Source of the DNA: Vicugna vicugna
Lineage: Eukaryota
Length of the DNA: 64,000 nucleotides
Assembly: GCA_013265495.1 (NCBI GenBank)
Contig: MU058065.1
Coordinates: forward strand, 9,837,720-9,901,719
Direction of reading: 5' to 3'
A program made the position numbers and the translations under genes. The notes under the pieces are model-generated. The model was not told the origin of the DNA, did not search any database, and saw only the letters and a program-made list of their open reading frames with translations. Below, one piece after another: positions 1 to 13,752 of this stretch. The first letter of the stretch is position 1. Each line of letters opens with the position of its first letter.

Positions 1-3000
1 TGTCTCTACAATTGTGTTTAGAGATGAAACTGCAAAATTACCCAGTGCTTTTCATGCTTTTATGCAATTTCCTACACCTTTAAGAGCCAGTGGTGTTTCT
101 ATGAGTTGTCAGACAGCTTTAATTTTCCTTGTGTAGAGACCATACATTGATCATAAAATAATTCAAAAAGAAATATCCTATTTTTTGAATTTCAAAGCCC
201 AGCATAATGTCCCTAAAAGTAAATTGCTGTAATACCTTGATGCTCTCAGTGTGGGAGCTTAAAAGTTAAAACATGGCCGTGTTCAATTGTTAAACAGAAG
301 TTTTCCAAAACCAAATGCAGATTTCAACAAATGTATTCTTTCAGGCTTTTTTCGACTACTGTGAACATGAATTTTGCCAGCACCCATCCATTTTCTTATT
401 GCCTAAATAAAGCTATTGAAAGAGTAAACGTTATTTCAGAATCACTTATGTAGACACTAACACAGTATATACTGAATGCTGTAAGTGTATTCCAATTCAT
501 ATTAGTTGGCCTATGTTAGCAATGTTATGTGAAATTTAAACTCATGATAAAGAAAAGACTTGTGTTCTAAAATTAACCCTTTCCTGGGTTATTAACAAGT
601 TTTGTTTTTTCAAGTTTCTATGAAGATAAAATATCTTTATAGAGACCTGACCTTTATCTGACCTTTGTTAGTCTAAATACGTTTGCTTCTTATTTGTAAT
701 GCCATCTCTCAGTGGTCTTTCATTCTTTATAAGTTCATAATATAAAGTTTTGCCTTTTTTGAGTTTCTTCTATCATCTGAGACCTGATGCACTTTAAAAT
801 TCTTGCTTAAACGCATAAGAAATATAACTCTCTTGACGTCAATCTGAAGACACTTTTCAGCACCACAGTAATTGGTCAGCAGTAATGGATTCTTCCAATG
901 ATGGCAGATTGAGAATAAATTGCTATTTGTATGAAATGGATTATTTCCTATCATTTCCGTATAGGGGTATGATTTTTTATTGTAGTGCATCCTTATAATT
1001 TTTGCTGGCAGTCACAGATGATGACAGTATTCATCATGAGAAAAAAACGTACCTTCAGTATCAGTGAATTAGACTAATATATTATTTATGTTTAAGCAGA
1101 GCTATGAAATACCTACACATGTTAAGATCTAGGTGTCCTCTGCAAAACAGTAAAGTTTGAAGTGAATTGTTAAATATGTTAAGTGCTTTCTTGTGTAGGG
1201 ATATTTATGTTCATTGGTATGATGGGTAATATTTCAAATTACAGACCCAAATTAATAAAGGATTTATCATAAACATGCTGAAGAGACTAGAGATGACATG
1301 TAAATCATTCATTTTTTTTTCTGTATCTGGTCTCCTTACCTATTTAGGTAATCTTTTGTTTGCATTATAATATTTCTACTTTGATAATTATTATTAAACT
1401 GAATGAACTACTTCCAAAGAAAAGACTAGGAATATACAGAACTTTCTATTTTGGTTCCTTCCATTCTTCCAAGTTACTTTGGGCTTTTGTGTCATAGTGT
1501 TTTTGGTAACAAATCACACCTGCAGTAAGCCAACGCAGCAAAACTGAAATGGAAAGTGTGGGTTACAATTTCCAATATGGGACTATGTGACCAAAGTAGG
1601 AGCAGGGCATTTAGAGACACCTTGAGATGGCCTGCCATCTTTCATGAATCCATGAAGACTCGGCTCATTCCGTGCCTCGGCTGGGAGGCTACAAGCCAGG
1701 GTGGTCAAACCATGCACCTGCTGTTGAACGACAACTTTAGCTGTGGGGTTTGCCAGCCTCGCTGCTGATGTAATGAACCAGCACTGATTTTCCCCTCTTA
1801 TTTCTGGATCTTCTCTCTATAACAAACTATTCAACATTTCTATTTAGTGTTCGTTAGTAACCCTTCAGTGCTTCTGCACACCTGTATGTAGGGGAATTTC
1901 CGTTACTTCCCTGCATTTCAGTTGTACACTGTGATTTCTGTCAGAGTATTTTTCAAACACATCTTATTAGGGCTATTTTTCTTTCTGTCAGTTGCAAAAG
2001 AATATCAAGAATTTTCTTAACTCAAAATCCATTTCTAAGGCTATTTTATGTTCAACTTTGTCCCTCTCCCCATACTGCTTTTGTTTCTGGATTTGTGCCA
2101 TATCCACAATCAGGAACTGAAAAGTCAAGGGCAAAACAAGAGGTTGTTTGAGTGAGACTGTTGTCTTAGCAGAGTAAGAGCTGGATATATTCACAAAGTT
2201 CATTATCCAGACTGGATGATCACGTGGGAGGGGAATAGTTTCCATCCTAGAATCGGCTAATTAGTTTACACCATTCCTTATGAGCTTGGAGTGCTCTGTT
2301 ATGCTGCTCACAGGATACTGTCAAATAAGAAACTTAGAGAGATTGAAAATAAATGAGTAGAAGAAATGATCCCTGGGCAAGAAAATGAGGGATCATCAAT
2401 ATATGTCAACGAATTTATAGTCAGTCCAAACAAGTAAACCAGTTGATTGAAAACCTGAATACATAACCACTTCTAGTAATGCAATAGACATGTTTTAGAA
2501 ATGAGATTTAAGTATATTAGGAAGAGTAGATACACAGAAATCTAATATCCCAACCAAATGTGTGTATGGGCCATGGTGGGTCTTTGTGATCCTGATGTTT
2601 ATGCAGAGGTATTCAAGCCATAACAATGCATTTAAAGATTTAAAATCACAGAAAAATGATACTTTTGGGGTCTGTATGTTTTCTCCAGTGACTGACAATT
2701 TAGGCATCAACTTCTCTGTTCTCCATTTAAAAAGAGTTTTAATGTCAGGGTTGTGCTCTTTCTTCTAAGAGAGAGAATGATGATGGTAGAAACTCTTCTG
2801 TGTCTTTGTTTAAAATCCTTGTCCAGTTTCCTGTTTAAATGTTTACAAATGGTTTGTTCTGAATGAGATCCTGCCTTCTTTAAGAAACCAGTTTCTGGTA
2901 AAATCTGAGTTACTTGCAGCAGAGCTAAAAGGGCTGCATGCACCTTGCCAGTCAGCATTCCCGTCAGGAGTTATGGAAGTGGGCTAGTCTAAAGCACAGC

Positions 3001-4064
3001 TCCACGTGCTGTTTCTATGCTGGGGCTTTTGGGGAAGAGACAGGGTGAGCCCAAGAGACAGAGGGGATGGTGAATGGCAAGCCTTTGCTTTATCACAAGT
3101 CAAGTAAGGTAAGTGGATCAAAAGGGTGCTGAGCCAGGCATTGCAGTTTAGAGACTTAAATCGACTACGGCGTGTGTGTGTACTTGTGGAGTGCGTGTGT
3201 ACATGTGTGTTTACCATTACCCCTGCCTTCTTCCCAAAAAGCTGAAAATAAGACGTTGTTCAGAGAAGTAATCTATCAAAACCACACCTTACGGATTGAA
3301 GCAGAAATATGGCTGTAAAATTAGACTAAAACTATTTCTGTATCTGAAAAAGGATGTTTCACTTTGCATAAGGGTTGGAGCTTTTGGCAAAAGACTGAGT
3401 GTCACGCTGTGTTGCGTATTCAAGCACTTTCCAGGGTGGTGTGCCCTGAGGAGCCAACTTGAACTAGCAAACCCAGAGTGCCCAGCTGCAGAGATGGACG
3501 CACTAGACTATCAGTGTCTAATGCTATTAAATATTCACTCGGTCAACCCATTTCTCTTGTTTCGATGCTCTGCTCTCTGAGCAGGGTTAAAATAATTTGA
3601 CTTCTGTGTAGCCGACAAATTGGGAACGGCTTTGAGAGTACCACCTGGATATCTTATTTATTTGACAGTTATGTATTGCATTTGAGTGAACTGAATAGTT
3701 CTGAGTTTCCCTGCATTTTGGGGGCACAAGTCAGCTTTCTTCAGCCCACTCAACTCTGGGGTTTCGCAAGATCAAATTTATGCACCTGTAGGCTAAAGGA
3801 CCAGACCCCACACATAGTGCCCTACAGTCTGGGAGGACTTCGGGGAGCTGATCAGATGATACTTCTCTGGAGACAGCCCTATTTTGTTTTAATTGGGACT
3901 TTCTTTGGTGTATATACAGATCATCCAGGCCACTGATTCCCCAGGGGGAATCTGATCCTGTGTAAGGATTTCAGAGTAAGTTGGAAAGATCCTAAACTAG
4001 AAGTATCATCAGGATTTAGAGGATGTTTTAAGGAGGCCGGTTTCTACTGCAAGTTTTTAAGCAA

Positions 4065-4225
4065 CCAGAGCTCCTCAATAGGGGAAGGAGTTACATAGTG
4101 AAGTAGTGAGTTTGTGGGGGTATTCAAATTTCTCAGATGTGTTACTATTTCTCAGATGTTGCAGAGTGTTCTGTATGGTAGGTTGGATTATTTCAGATCT
4201 CTAGGTTCTTTGAATTTTAAGAGTA
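4065..4225 (+). mobile_element. L3/CR1 LINE 3' end fragment, highly diverged
   Basis: gaagtagtgag...ggtattcaa...gtaggttggattatttcagatctctaggttctttgaattttaagagt resembles the recalled CR1/L3 3' terminus. Confidence 0.55.
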
Positions 4226-7084
4226 ACATTTATTTCTTTTGCTCATATTTACTTATCATGGATTACTAATAAATAGTTATTGAAAAATATTATTTTTGAT
4301 ATTCTGGGGAAAAGAAGTGGAGACATTATTTAGATATAGTAAACAAAGGAAATCACTTTGCCTTAATTATGGGGGCATTTTACTTTTTCAGATCGTGTAA
4401 AATATCTTAAATATTTACCATGTCTATAATTCAGATATCCTAGTATAAAGTGATCTTCATTATGTATTGTCTTCCTTATGGGGAACAATATGTTTGTGAA
4501 TCTAAATTCAATTTTTTTACATCATGCTTTAACATCACCAATTATCTCAACAAGTGCATGCATGTGAGTTGTACAGTTTGGTTTCTTATCTTTTCAACTA
4601 TCTTTTCCTGTGGACACACAAAATGTGCCACATTTTCCCAGCAAACTAAAATTTCAATTTTGGATGTATTTATATAAAACTTGTATTTTTCATGTTTCAT
4701 AACAGTACAAGGAAACACCAGCTCTGAGATATTCATGTACTTGCATCCCTGTTGTGACTACTTGATTTTACTCTTCTCCTTCTTACTGCCCTATCACCAA
4801 AACAGTTTGAAAATAATTTTATTAACCAACTAGAAAAAGAAAAACTATCTTTCTTTCCATTATGTTTACATTGTGCCTGGGACAGAAACAAATGATGAAT
4901 TTAGAAGTAAAGTCATAATTGTCCCATTGTTGATTAGAATTGCTTTCAAAGGAGATATATAATTCTTATGATTTCCTGTCCTTATCAGGTAGAAACATAT
5001 GGGGTGGCAGTAAAACCTTATATCTGGCTTGAATTGCAATCGAATTTTTTTTAAAGACCAGAAAAGCATTCCTATTGAACGGGTTCTGAATGTAATGCAA
5101 TATTCTTGCACCTTAACCAATTCTATAATAACCTCACCTGCTGTCATGGTTTTTTCAAGGCACAGATGAGCAGAGGAGAAGCATCTCTCCTTTTTTAAGC
5201 CTCTAGGACAGAGACTCAACTGAGCATGCTAGCTAAAAGTGACAGACTAGCACAAGGGACATGGGCATGTGTCCTTCAATGGACACAATTGATTCTAAAG
5301 TTTCGTAAAGAGCAGAGACCCAGTCACAACATTCCTAATCTGTTAAAGATTTAGAAAAATAACTTCAAAATAGAGATCAAATCCTTCAGAGGCAACACAT
5401 TCAACATTTCTTCTGCCAGTTGAACATTATCCTAGTTTTTCAGGAGAGTGATTGAAACTGTTTGGATCTCAAACTTTGCTAATTAGGTAAAGGTATGGGT
5501 TGGGAGCAGGACAGATGGAGATACAGAGAAATTCTTTCTTATCCTACCCTTGATCAAGCACTAATATTAAATGTGAAATGTGATTATCCACATCACCGCT
5601 TGCATATGTAAAAGTTCTTATTGGACATAAAATTAAAATAAAGGGGAAGAAAACTAATTTTCATGTTACTACATCCTTAGGCAAGACCTTATTGACACTA
5701 TTCAAGAATTGCTTGAATTTCAATTGGAAAAAGTATCAGCATTGGAAATAGACATAGTGGTTTGAGGACTGGGGTGATTGAAATGCAACACTACTGGATG
5801 ATTATTTGCATGGACTTTTATTATCTCGGGTTCTACTGGTAATATATTTACATGGATAAAAGCTAAGAAATCTTTAAAACCTTGGGAGAGGAATTTGTAT
5901 GTACCATTTTAACTTCTGATATCCCAATGCAATTATTATAAAACTAAGGATTTGATATCACAAGTCTCATGCAGATTTAGCCACAAATTCTGGACTTCCA
6001 AGAAAAAAAAATTGATTATTATTAGGAGAAAAATAAGCAGATCTTTAGCTATTTTCTCTGTCTTTTGCCTTACAAATGCTCTGCTGGCTTCAGATGGCAA
6101 AGCCCTCCAGAAAGTGAAGGGAGCAGGCTACTGGGGGAATCTACGCTCTGCGTGCAATGGTCCTTTTGAAACTTCACCATTCAGTCAAGAGCCTATTAAC
6201 TCTCAGCAAGTGGGTAACTCCTACAGGTTTAGAGGATTAAGTTGAAGACCTTTTAAAAATATAGTATTTCATGGAACTTTAGATGTCTTTGACAACACTT
6301 TGTAAACATCGGGCCTTAGGAAGAGTCAGGGATCTATGGTTCATTAGCCTCTCGGGGGTCCGGAGCCGGAGTTGCGTTAAGCTTATCTGGGGCAATTTGC
6401 TGCCACTCTCCCCACTGAGCTCTTGCTGCAGCGACCCTGCTCTCTTCCAAGCTGCTCTTCGAAGACAAAGTTTACTATAAACCTTAGAGAAAGAAAAAGA
6501 TATGGGAAGCCATATTATGCCAAGGACACTCCCCTCTCCTTTTCTCTTCTGTCTTGAACTACAGGCTGTGAATTTCTGGCCAAATTAATTTGCTTAGCAG
6601 CTAGGACGGGTGTCCTTTCTTAGTGAGCTTCCTCGGTGACAGTGTTGCAAATGACAACCCAAGTGACAGAGTGTTCAGGTCCTGTCCACTTTTGTCTTCT
6701 GGGTTATGTGAGTCAAGCTCTTTTCTCCTTTATAAGCTGCATATGCAGCAGTGGATGAATAGTCAAGATAAACCTTCTCAGGTGACACATTTGTTTTCCT
6801 CTGTGACTCTGAAATTATTAGCCAATAGAGAATGAGGGCAATTTAAGCTGGAGCATTCACTACAGATTTAAATAATGTAGATAGGACAAAAAATTGACTT
6901 TCAGTAATTTGTTATATATAAATATTTCTTGAGTACCTACTATGTGACTGGCACTGTGCCATGTATTATTTGTAATATACTGTGTCTATTGGTTGTTTCC
7001 ACATGATTTTGCTTGTTATCGTCTAAGCACAGCCAAGAAAACAGATCCTGAAGACAGGATGATAATAAATGTATCTACAGTTAA

Positions 7085-7280
7085 CTGTAGAATCTACAAC
7101 ATGCCTAGCATTGTGTTCATACTTAGCATGACCAAAGTGTATTCCTTATTACAGCCCTGCAAAGTAAATTTATAAAAATCTGGTTTTACATAAGTGAGGA
7201 AACTGAAGCTCACATAGAAATTTGTCTTAGAAATTTATATAATTGATAAGCAAGAACTGGGTTCAAAACCAGGACTCTTT
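7085..7280 (-). mobile_element. MIR SINE
   Basis: Reverse MIR core ttttacataagtgaggaaactgaagctca followed by gaactgggttcaaaaccagg. Confidence 0.75.
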
Positions 7281-7459
7281 CCTGTGTAACATGCAGACCA
7301 CTCAGTTAAGAACCTATTAAAACACAAGACAATGTCACCTCAATAGCTTATTTATTGCTTGCCTTTTATGACTTCTGACTCTGTATCTCACTTGGATCCT
7401 GCTGCTGCTCTGAAAGCCAGTTCTTTTCTTTTTCCATCCTTCTACCTTGGGAGAGATTT

Positions 7460-9065
7460 CTGGTCTAAGGCCAAGCCATCCTGACTCCCAACCCCTCCAT
7501 CCTCATTAAGGGCTCTCTCCAGCAATGATCTCCTTTCTCTTCTGTATCTTTAACTTTCCTTTACTCTTTGTTCCTTGCCATCAGCATTTAAACATTTTCA
7601 AGAGGCTACCTTCTTAAGATAAAAATCCACCCACCACTCTCATCCGTGTCCCTTGGTGGACCTCTTCTCTTTTTCCCTCTTTGTAGCTAAACTTCTTAAG
7701 AGTCCCTCCTCCCGTTCTCCACTTCCTGAAGTAGCTCCCACTCACTGTTTCACCCACCGCTGTCTGGTCACCCCTTCAGACAACTGCTATGACAGGGTCA
7801 ACCAACAACATCTTTGTTGCTAAAACCACTTGTCTCTTCTCGGACCTTAACTGTACCAATCTCTCAGTAATTTGATACAGTTGACCACCTCTTTCTTTTT
7901 GAGGTCTTTTCTGCCCTGGGCTTCCATACCACTTACCTCTTGTATTGTTTTGTTTTGTTGTTCCTTCATAGTCTATCTTGTGAGCTACTCTTTTCCAACT
8001 GATTCTTTAAGTGGTAATGCTTTCCTAAAGTTTTTCTTTTCTTTTTGCACTTTAAACATTCTCCCCGAGGGAGTTCATACTCACTCAAGGCTTCTATTGT
8101 CACCTGAATGCCTCTAACTTCCAGGTTCTGATTAGCCAGCCCAGGTCACCTTGTAATAGGTGATCACAGTTTCACAGAGTTTCGTATCTATATATCAAAG
8201 CACCGCATGCTTCACAGGCACCTCAAACTCATCCTTCTCCTCCCACTTCCTTGCCCTGCTTCTTATGCTAGGCATATTCATCCACTCATTGACCCAAACA
8301 AGAAATCTGGGTTTCACTTTCAAATTCTGAGTAAATCACCAAGTACTAGGATTTCTACTTCTTAAGGATCTACCAAGTTTGTTGATTTTTTTACACTTCT
8401 GTGGCTACTCTCTCTCTAAATCGAATCATCACTATCTCTCAGCTAGTCTCCAGTCTTGCCCTCTCTAGGTCAATTTTCCACACTAAAGCCAGAGTGACCT
8501 TTCTAGAACAAAAATATGAATTCATAATGACCCAGCTTAAGTCCTTCCCCGCAAAGAAACAATTCTTGATATTCCTCATTACTCCTCCAATGAATGAAAT
8601 TTTAACGTTACTTAGAAGGTCACTCAGAATCTGGTCCCAGTTTCTCCATTCTCACCTCTTGTAATTCTCTTGCATCCTCCTACACTCATCATCTGAAATT
8701 TCTCTCTGCCCTCTGGGACTTCGCATCTGCAGTTTCCTTTATCTAGAATGTTCATTTCCCTTTTTATCATCCATTTACCTAACTCCTATGCATCGTTGAG
8801 GCCCCATTATTGACATTACTTCCTTTAAGGAACTTCTGTCGTCTTCTTCTCTGCCCACTCAGTCCGGGCTCATTGCCTTCCTTACCTAGCACCACTCCCC
8901 CTCCTACTACTTTTCACACCAAATCTTCATTGTCATTTACTTGTCTGTGTGATGCATTCGTTCATAAATTCCTTTTAAAGGCAAGTATTGTTGTCTGTCT
9001 TGTCTGTTTGTTTATTTTACCGCTGCAGTCTCTGCACTAGCAAGACCATAGCACACCAAAGATGA
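7460..9065 (+). mobile_element. L2 LINE, about 1.6 kb 3' portion, diverged
   Basis: Pyrimidine-rich tract with L2-typical motifs (ccatcagcatttaaacat, aggcacctcaaactca, gccagagtgacctttctagaacaaaaatatga), ending in an L2-like tail. Confidence 0.8.
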
Positions 9066-10469
9066 TGGACACGTATTTTAAAAGAAAAGAAGCTCTCCTA
9101 GGTTAACTCACTGACACAGTTACCCAGCATGGAGGAGCTGCCAGAAACATCCAGAAGTTGTATCAGTAGAAAAAGGATGTTAACATTGTCATGGGAACAA
9201 CTTACTGTAGGGCGAGGGTGGCATCAGAAAATGACTGAGGGGAGGCTGAGAATGACCTTAGGAAAGAGCGTCTGCTGGAGGAGTATGGCCACAGGCCCTG
9301 TAGAAATGGACCAGGAGAGAGGGATGTAGACCCTTCCTACAGTCTCTGGTAGGGCTAATGGAGACATGAGTACATCATCTAGTTTTTAAAATAATATTCC
9401 CTTTGTTAACCAAGGGAGTGTGATTTTAAAAGGAAGCATTTATAATCGCCTTTATGTAAAGATTGAAGAATTTGGAAAATTTAGTTCTTCTAGGAGGAAA
9501 AACTGATATCAGCATGCATGTCATATCTCAGACATCATACTGGAAACTTGCATGGTCAATCCTGAATTCATAGATTCTAATTTGGCCGTTCACACTGTAT
9601 CTCCAATATTATCCAGAAGTCAGAGATGGCTGAAATTTTTCAGGATAACAAAAAAAGGAAACATACTTAAAAAACAAAACACAGAGGCATTTCAAAATAA
9701 GAACTAGGATTATAAGTTAATAAAACAACTTCATTAGTTGTCTGTTTCTAAATACAATCCCCATTTTATTCTCATACTTAAAAAATAATAGATGGTAGAC
9801 ACAAACTCGAAGTGCAGATCAACTTGATGGCACTGCAATGAATAAGGCTAGTGATCAGCTTGGTTTTCTACAAGAGCGCTCTGAAAAGAATTGGAGAGCT
9901 TTTATAGTTTCCTAAGCTAAGGAGCAAAACTATAATTTTTACTCTTCAACAGACTTTCATGAGCAGAGTCTCAAAAGTGCTTGAGAAAACACTAGGAATA
10001 ATGTCAAATTCTCTATGGAAACAGCTTTAAAAGTGGACTTCTATTCTGGAAAAAATAAAAAGAAATAAATAAGTTCTAAAAAAAATTCGTTGTGAAAGCA
10101 CTTCAGATAGCTAGCAATGTTATACAGTACATTTCAGTGGAATATTTAAGTTTAATATTTAATTCTAAACATTAATAAACTGCCTGGCCTAGAAATGCAG
10201 ACAGCCACAATGGAAGATTCCTGAACAACATCTATAGGTGCAGAACCTTGGCATCTGGATGCTACAGAATCTTAGGAGACATCCTTGATACTCTGATACC
10301 CTCAAAGAAGTATGTGTATGCACTTGCATGAGTTTTTTATAAACACAATTCTACTTTGATCTCTTATTAATGACAGGATTTAATGAGATACAGGAGTGGG
10401 TTAGTATCCTAAAATTCTTCTTTTCAGGCCCATATTGCTCTTCTGGTGCAGACCCACCTTAACTGCTTG

Positions 10470-10580
10470 TCAAAAATAGATTTCCAGCTGAATCAGAATC
10501 CCCAGCTGAGGGGCCTGAAGTGTATCTTTTAAAAAAGTACCCCAGGCAGTTTTGACGTGCAGGTAATTTGGATCACAGTA
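10470..10580. mobile_element. MER5-like hAT-Charlie MITE fragment
   Basis: ctgaatcagaatc...ggggcctgaagtgtatcttttaaaaaagtaccccaggcagttttgacgtgcag matches the recalled MER5A body. Confidence 0.65.
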
Positions 10581-11488
10581 CTCCTGACTCCACCTAGCCG
10601 TTCCTCATCTGTCTCTGTCTCTGGACATCGAATGCTGTGTTTTCCTGTTCCCTGGATCCTTTCCCTGACAGTGGTGCTGGCGCTGCTCTCCCTTTGTGGT
10701 CCCAGTTCTACCTCAGCTCCTTCTCTGTAAGACGGATCTCAGCCAGCTGTTCCGTGTCCAGGAGTCTGTGAGCAATGGCTTGCCCTGTGCCGCTCTTCCC
10801 ATGCCCATGTGATGAGACATCGGGGTCTTCCGCTATCAAGCCTTCCTTGATCTTGGTAGTCAGCCTGAACAATTCATTTTATTTTAGAAGGTCTTTGCCT
10901 CTTTTGAGAACTCGGCACTGAAATAATAGGCAGCGTGCCTGCAACAAATGCCGAGGTCTTTGAGGGACTTCTACATGTTGTCAAATCTCAGGTATCTTGA
11001 GACTAACTTTCGTAAATCTCCAGGCTTCTTTAATGGCTCTGTTAAATAACTAACAGAATAGCGACAAGAGCTCTCTGTGTGAAAGCAAATGAAGCATTCT
11101 CTTGGATATACAAACAAATGACATAGCTGAGAAAAGGTGTAGATTATATCAATGATTATGATTGGTTCGATTTCCAAATGGGAGTAAAGGAGTATTGGTC
11201 CATTGGTGATATTTTCAGACATTCAACTAGTCTGTAGAAAAGGTGAAATTGTGAGAGAAGTAATGGGGGCAGGAAAGAAGACAGAGAGAGGGAAATAAAT
11301 GGAAGCAAAGTCACTATTTATGGCAGCGTGACAACTGGGAGAGAGAACGCTACAACAAACAGCGGGTGTTGGAACACAACAGTAGGGCAGTAGGGGAGCG
11401 ACAGCTCTTCAGTTTGTTGGGCAGCACGAAACAGCCACCCCTGCTTCTAAACTGCAGACCTTAAGGACAATGGACACACTCTCTGGAC

Positions 11489-11762
11489 CAGAATTTCCCA
11501 CGGGGAGTTCTGGTGATGCATTGCTGCTTCCGGAGCAGGCTGCATGGAAATAAGTTTGGGAAAGAATAGATTAAACATAGTTATATGCGTTTCTTTCCTG
11601 CTGATTTTCTGAGTCCTTAAAAGGCTAACCTGCATTGTGAGATGCCTAGAAAGGACACACATTGTGGAGTGTTCCTAAACTCATCTGTCTAGGAAAACTC
11701 TCTTTTCTTTTTAGGAACATTTTGTAGGACTATCTCATTACACTCCATCCTGGGAAACATTG
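11489..11762. mobile_element. hAT-Charlie MITE (MER103C-like)
   Basis: Inverted termini cagaatttccca...tgggaaacattg; internal aaataagtttgggaaa and tcctaaactcatctg inverted pair. Confidence 0.65.
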
Positions 11763-11949
11763 CATTAGACTACGGCAGCTCCAAATTTTTCACATTAGCA
11801 CCCATATAGAAAAGGATAATATTTGGTTTTAGCAAACAGAGGAGACAGCTAGGCTGGAGGCTAGCCACTCAAGCCCCCTGACCCATCAGTAAGTTAACAC
11901 ACCTGTTACCCATTCAGGGCACACACGAAAGCTTTGCAATAAATTATAC

Positions 11950-12055
11950 TTTCTCCTAGGGCAGAGACTGTGTATTATTTACTGTAATATCTCCAAGGTG
12001 CAGAACATGGACTAGCAACAAGCGGGTGTTCAACAAATAACATGAATAAATGAGC
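11950..12055 (+). mobile_element. L2 3' end fragment
   Basis: agggcagagactgtgt...gtgttcaacaaatacatgaataaatga. Confidence 0.65.
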
Positions 12056-13130
12056 AATATGGCAGACGTGGGCAGTATATTTCAAAGTCGTCTGTACCTT
12101 GGTGTGGTGGCTTTCAAAAGATTAGTCCCCCTTAGTTTTTTTGCATCAAAGAGCCAGCTGCACTTAAGTGCTGTATCCTAAGGCACAGACAGTCCCTACC
12201 TTAAGTGACAAGGTAAGGTGTGATACAGTGGAGAAGCCTAGTCTGCACAGCAGAATGTATATCCTCAGTATGGCAGAATTAGGTGCAGAGGTGAAAGCCG
12301 TATTTGCCATACACTTCAGTCTTCTTCAGGGAAAGGCAAATGGCTAGAGGGCAAAAATGTGTTGCTAACCATAAAAGACAAGAAAGATATCCTATAAGTG
12401 ACTTGAAAGTGCAAATATAGGTAATTGACAGGTTGATGCGTTTGCACATTTCTCCTGTATGATGTCATGGCCCAAAAAGGGCAGTTAGAAGATTTACAGC
12501 GCAGATTTAGACTCATTTACAAATTTGGAGTACTGCCATATGTTGGTACCTGACCAAATTAATGTAATTGATTCTCATTGACAGGGTTAGAAGGTATACC
12601 ATCCCTTCTAATATTTAAGGATAAGATAAAATAATTTTAAGAAACAAATGCAGCCAATAGTGCTGAGTATTTTTGAAAGTTGATTTGATGTTTCAAATAA
12701 ACATTCTAGATAAAATTGTTATCGAAAAAGTCATGGAGTCAACTCTAAGAATTATGTAGTTTTTACTAAAAAGGAATTTCTGAACATAGCATAGCCTCTG
12801 AACAGTTTCATGGTGTTGAAAGTTACTCTGTTTTGATGCTGTTTCTCAATTATCCCTTGGTACATGCCTGTGAATCAAGTATCTTTGTATTTAAGCAGAA
12901 TAAGACTGTTACCAAAGGTGGTATGACTTCCTAAAATAAAACTTATAATGATGTGATAATCCGTCACAGATCTCCCACGTAGCCCCTCTTCAGCCTGTTC
13001 CAGAGACATGATAAAACCACTGGGCAAGTCTTCCATGCCCAGTATTATACTTTTTTCTTTTTTAATGTCAATAAAATCTTATAACTAGTGATTATTTGGT
13101 AAAATAATACCTAAATATTTTATTGGTTAC

Positions 13131-13540
13131 TGCACTGGGTTTAAAAATGTCCTCCCAAAACTCACATCTATCTGGAACCTCCGAGTGTAAACTTTTTGGG
13201 AAATAATTAGTTCAGATGCTTTCATACTAGATTAGAGAGGGCCCTGAATCCAATGACTGGTGTTCTTGTCAGCAGGCCATGCGAAGATGCACAGTAGAAG
13301 GTCCTGGGAAGATGGAAGCAGAAACTGGGGCTCCGTTGCTATAAGTCAAGGAATGCAGGAGCCACCAGCGGCTGGAAGAGGTGAGGGAGGAGTCCCTCTT
13401 TGAGACTTTGGAAGGAGTGCTGCACTGCCAACACCTTAATTTCAGACGTTGGTCTCCGCAACTGTGAGATCATACATTCCTGTTGTTTTAAGTCATCCTT
13501 TTGTCCTTATTTGCTATGGGAGCCCTAGCAAACTAGCATA
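13131..13540 (+). mobile_element. ERVL-MaLR solo LTR (MLT1B/MLT1C-like) with 5-bp TSD GTTAC
   Basis: Starts TG. Contains gggccctgaatccaatgactggtgttctt, aagatggaagcagaaactgg, ctgccaacaccttaatttcagac and gccctagcaaacta. GTTAC is present at 13126-13130 and 13541-13545. Confidence 0.9.
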
Positions 13541-13639
13541 GTTACCATTTAGCAAACAAACTCTCACATTGATAAAATGCACTTTTTAATAGTCCGTGTG
13601 GAATCAATGAAAATGAACTGAAAGATTTGTTTCAGTTAG

Positions 13640-13752
13640 TATGTGACCTGTGCATTGTTGGTTTATGTTTATTTTCACAATGTAATTATTAATAGTGCCT
13701 CCTTTCACTCTCAAAATTGTCCTAGTTAGGGTGGTAAATTATATGACCACGT
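13640..13752 (-). mobile_element. hAT-Blackjack MITE (MER81-like)
   Basis: gtaattattaatagtgcctcctttcactctcaaaattgtcc...taaattatatgaccac matches the reverse of the recalled MER81 consensus. Confidence 0.7.

Noticed and set aside
1465..1800. Possible old MaLR/ERVL LTR
   Set aside because: Only a faint resemblance, with no clear termini or TSD.
10585..10880. Pyrimidine/GC-rich tract, possibly an old LTR or an exon
   Set aside because: No recognisable family, ORF or convincing splice-site pair.
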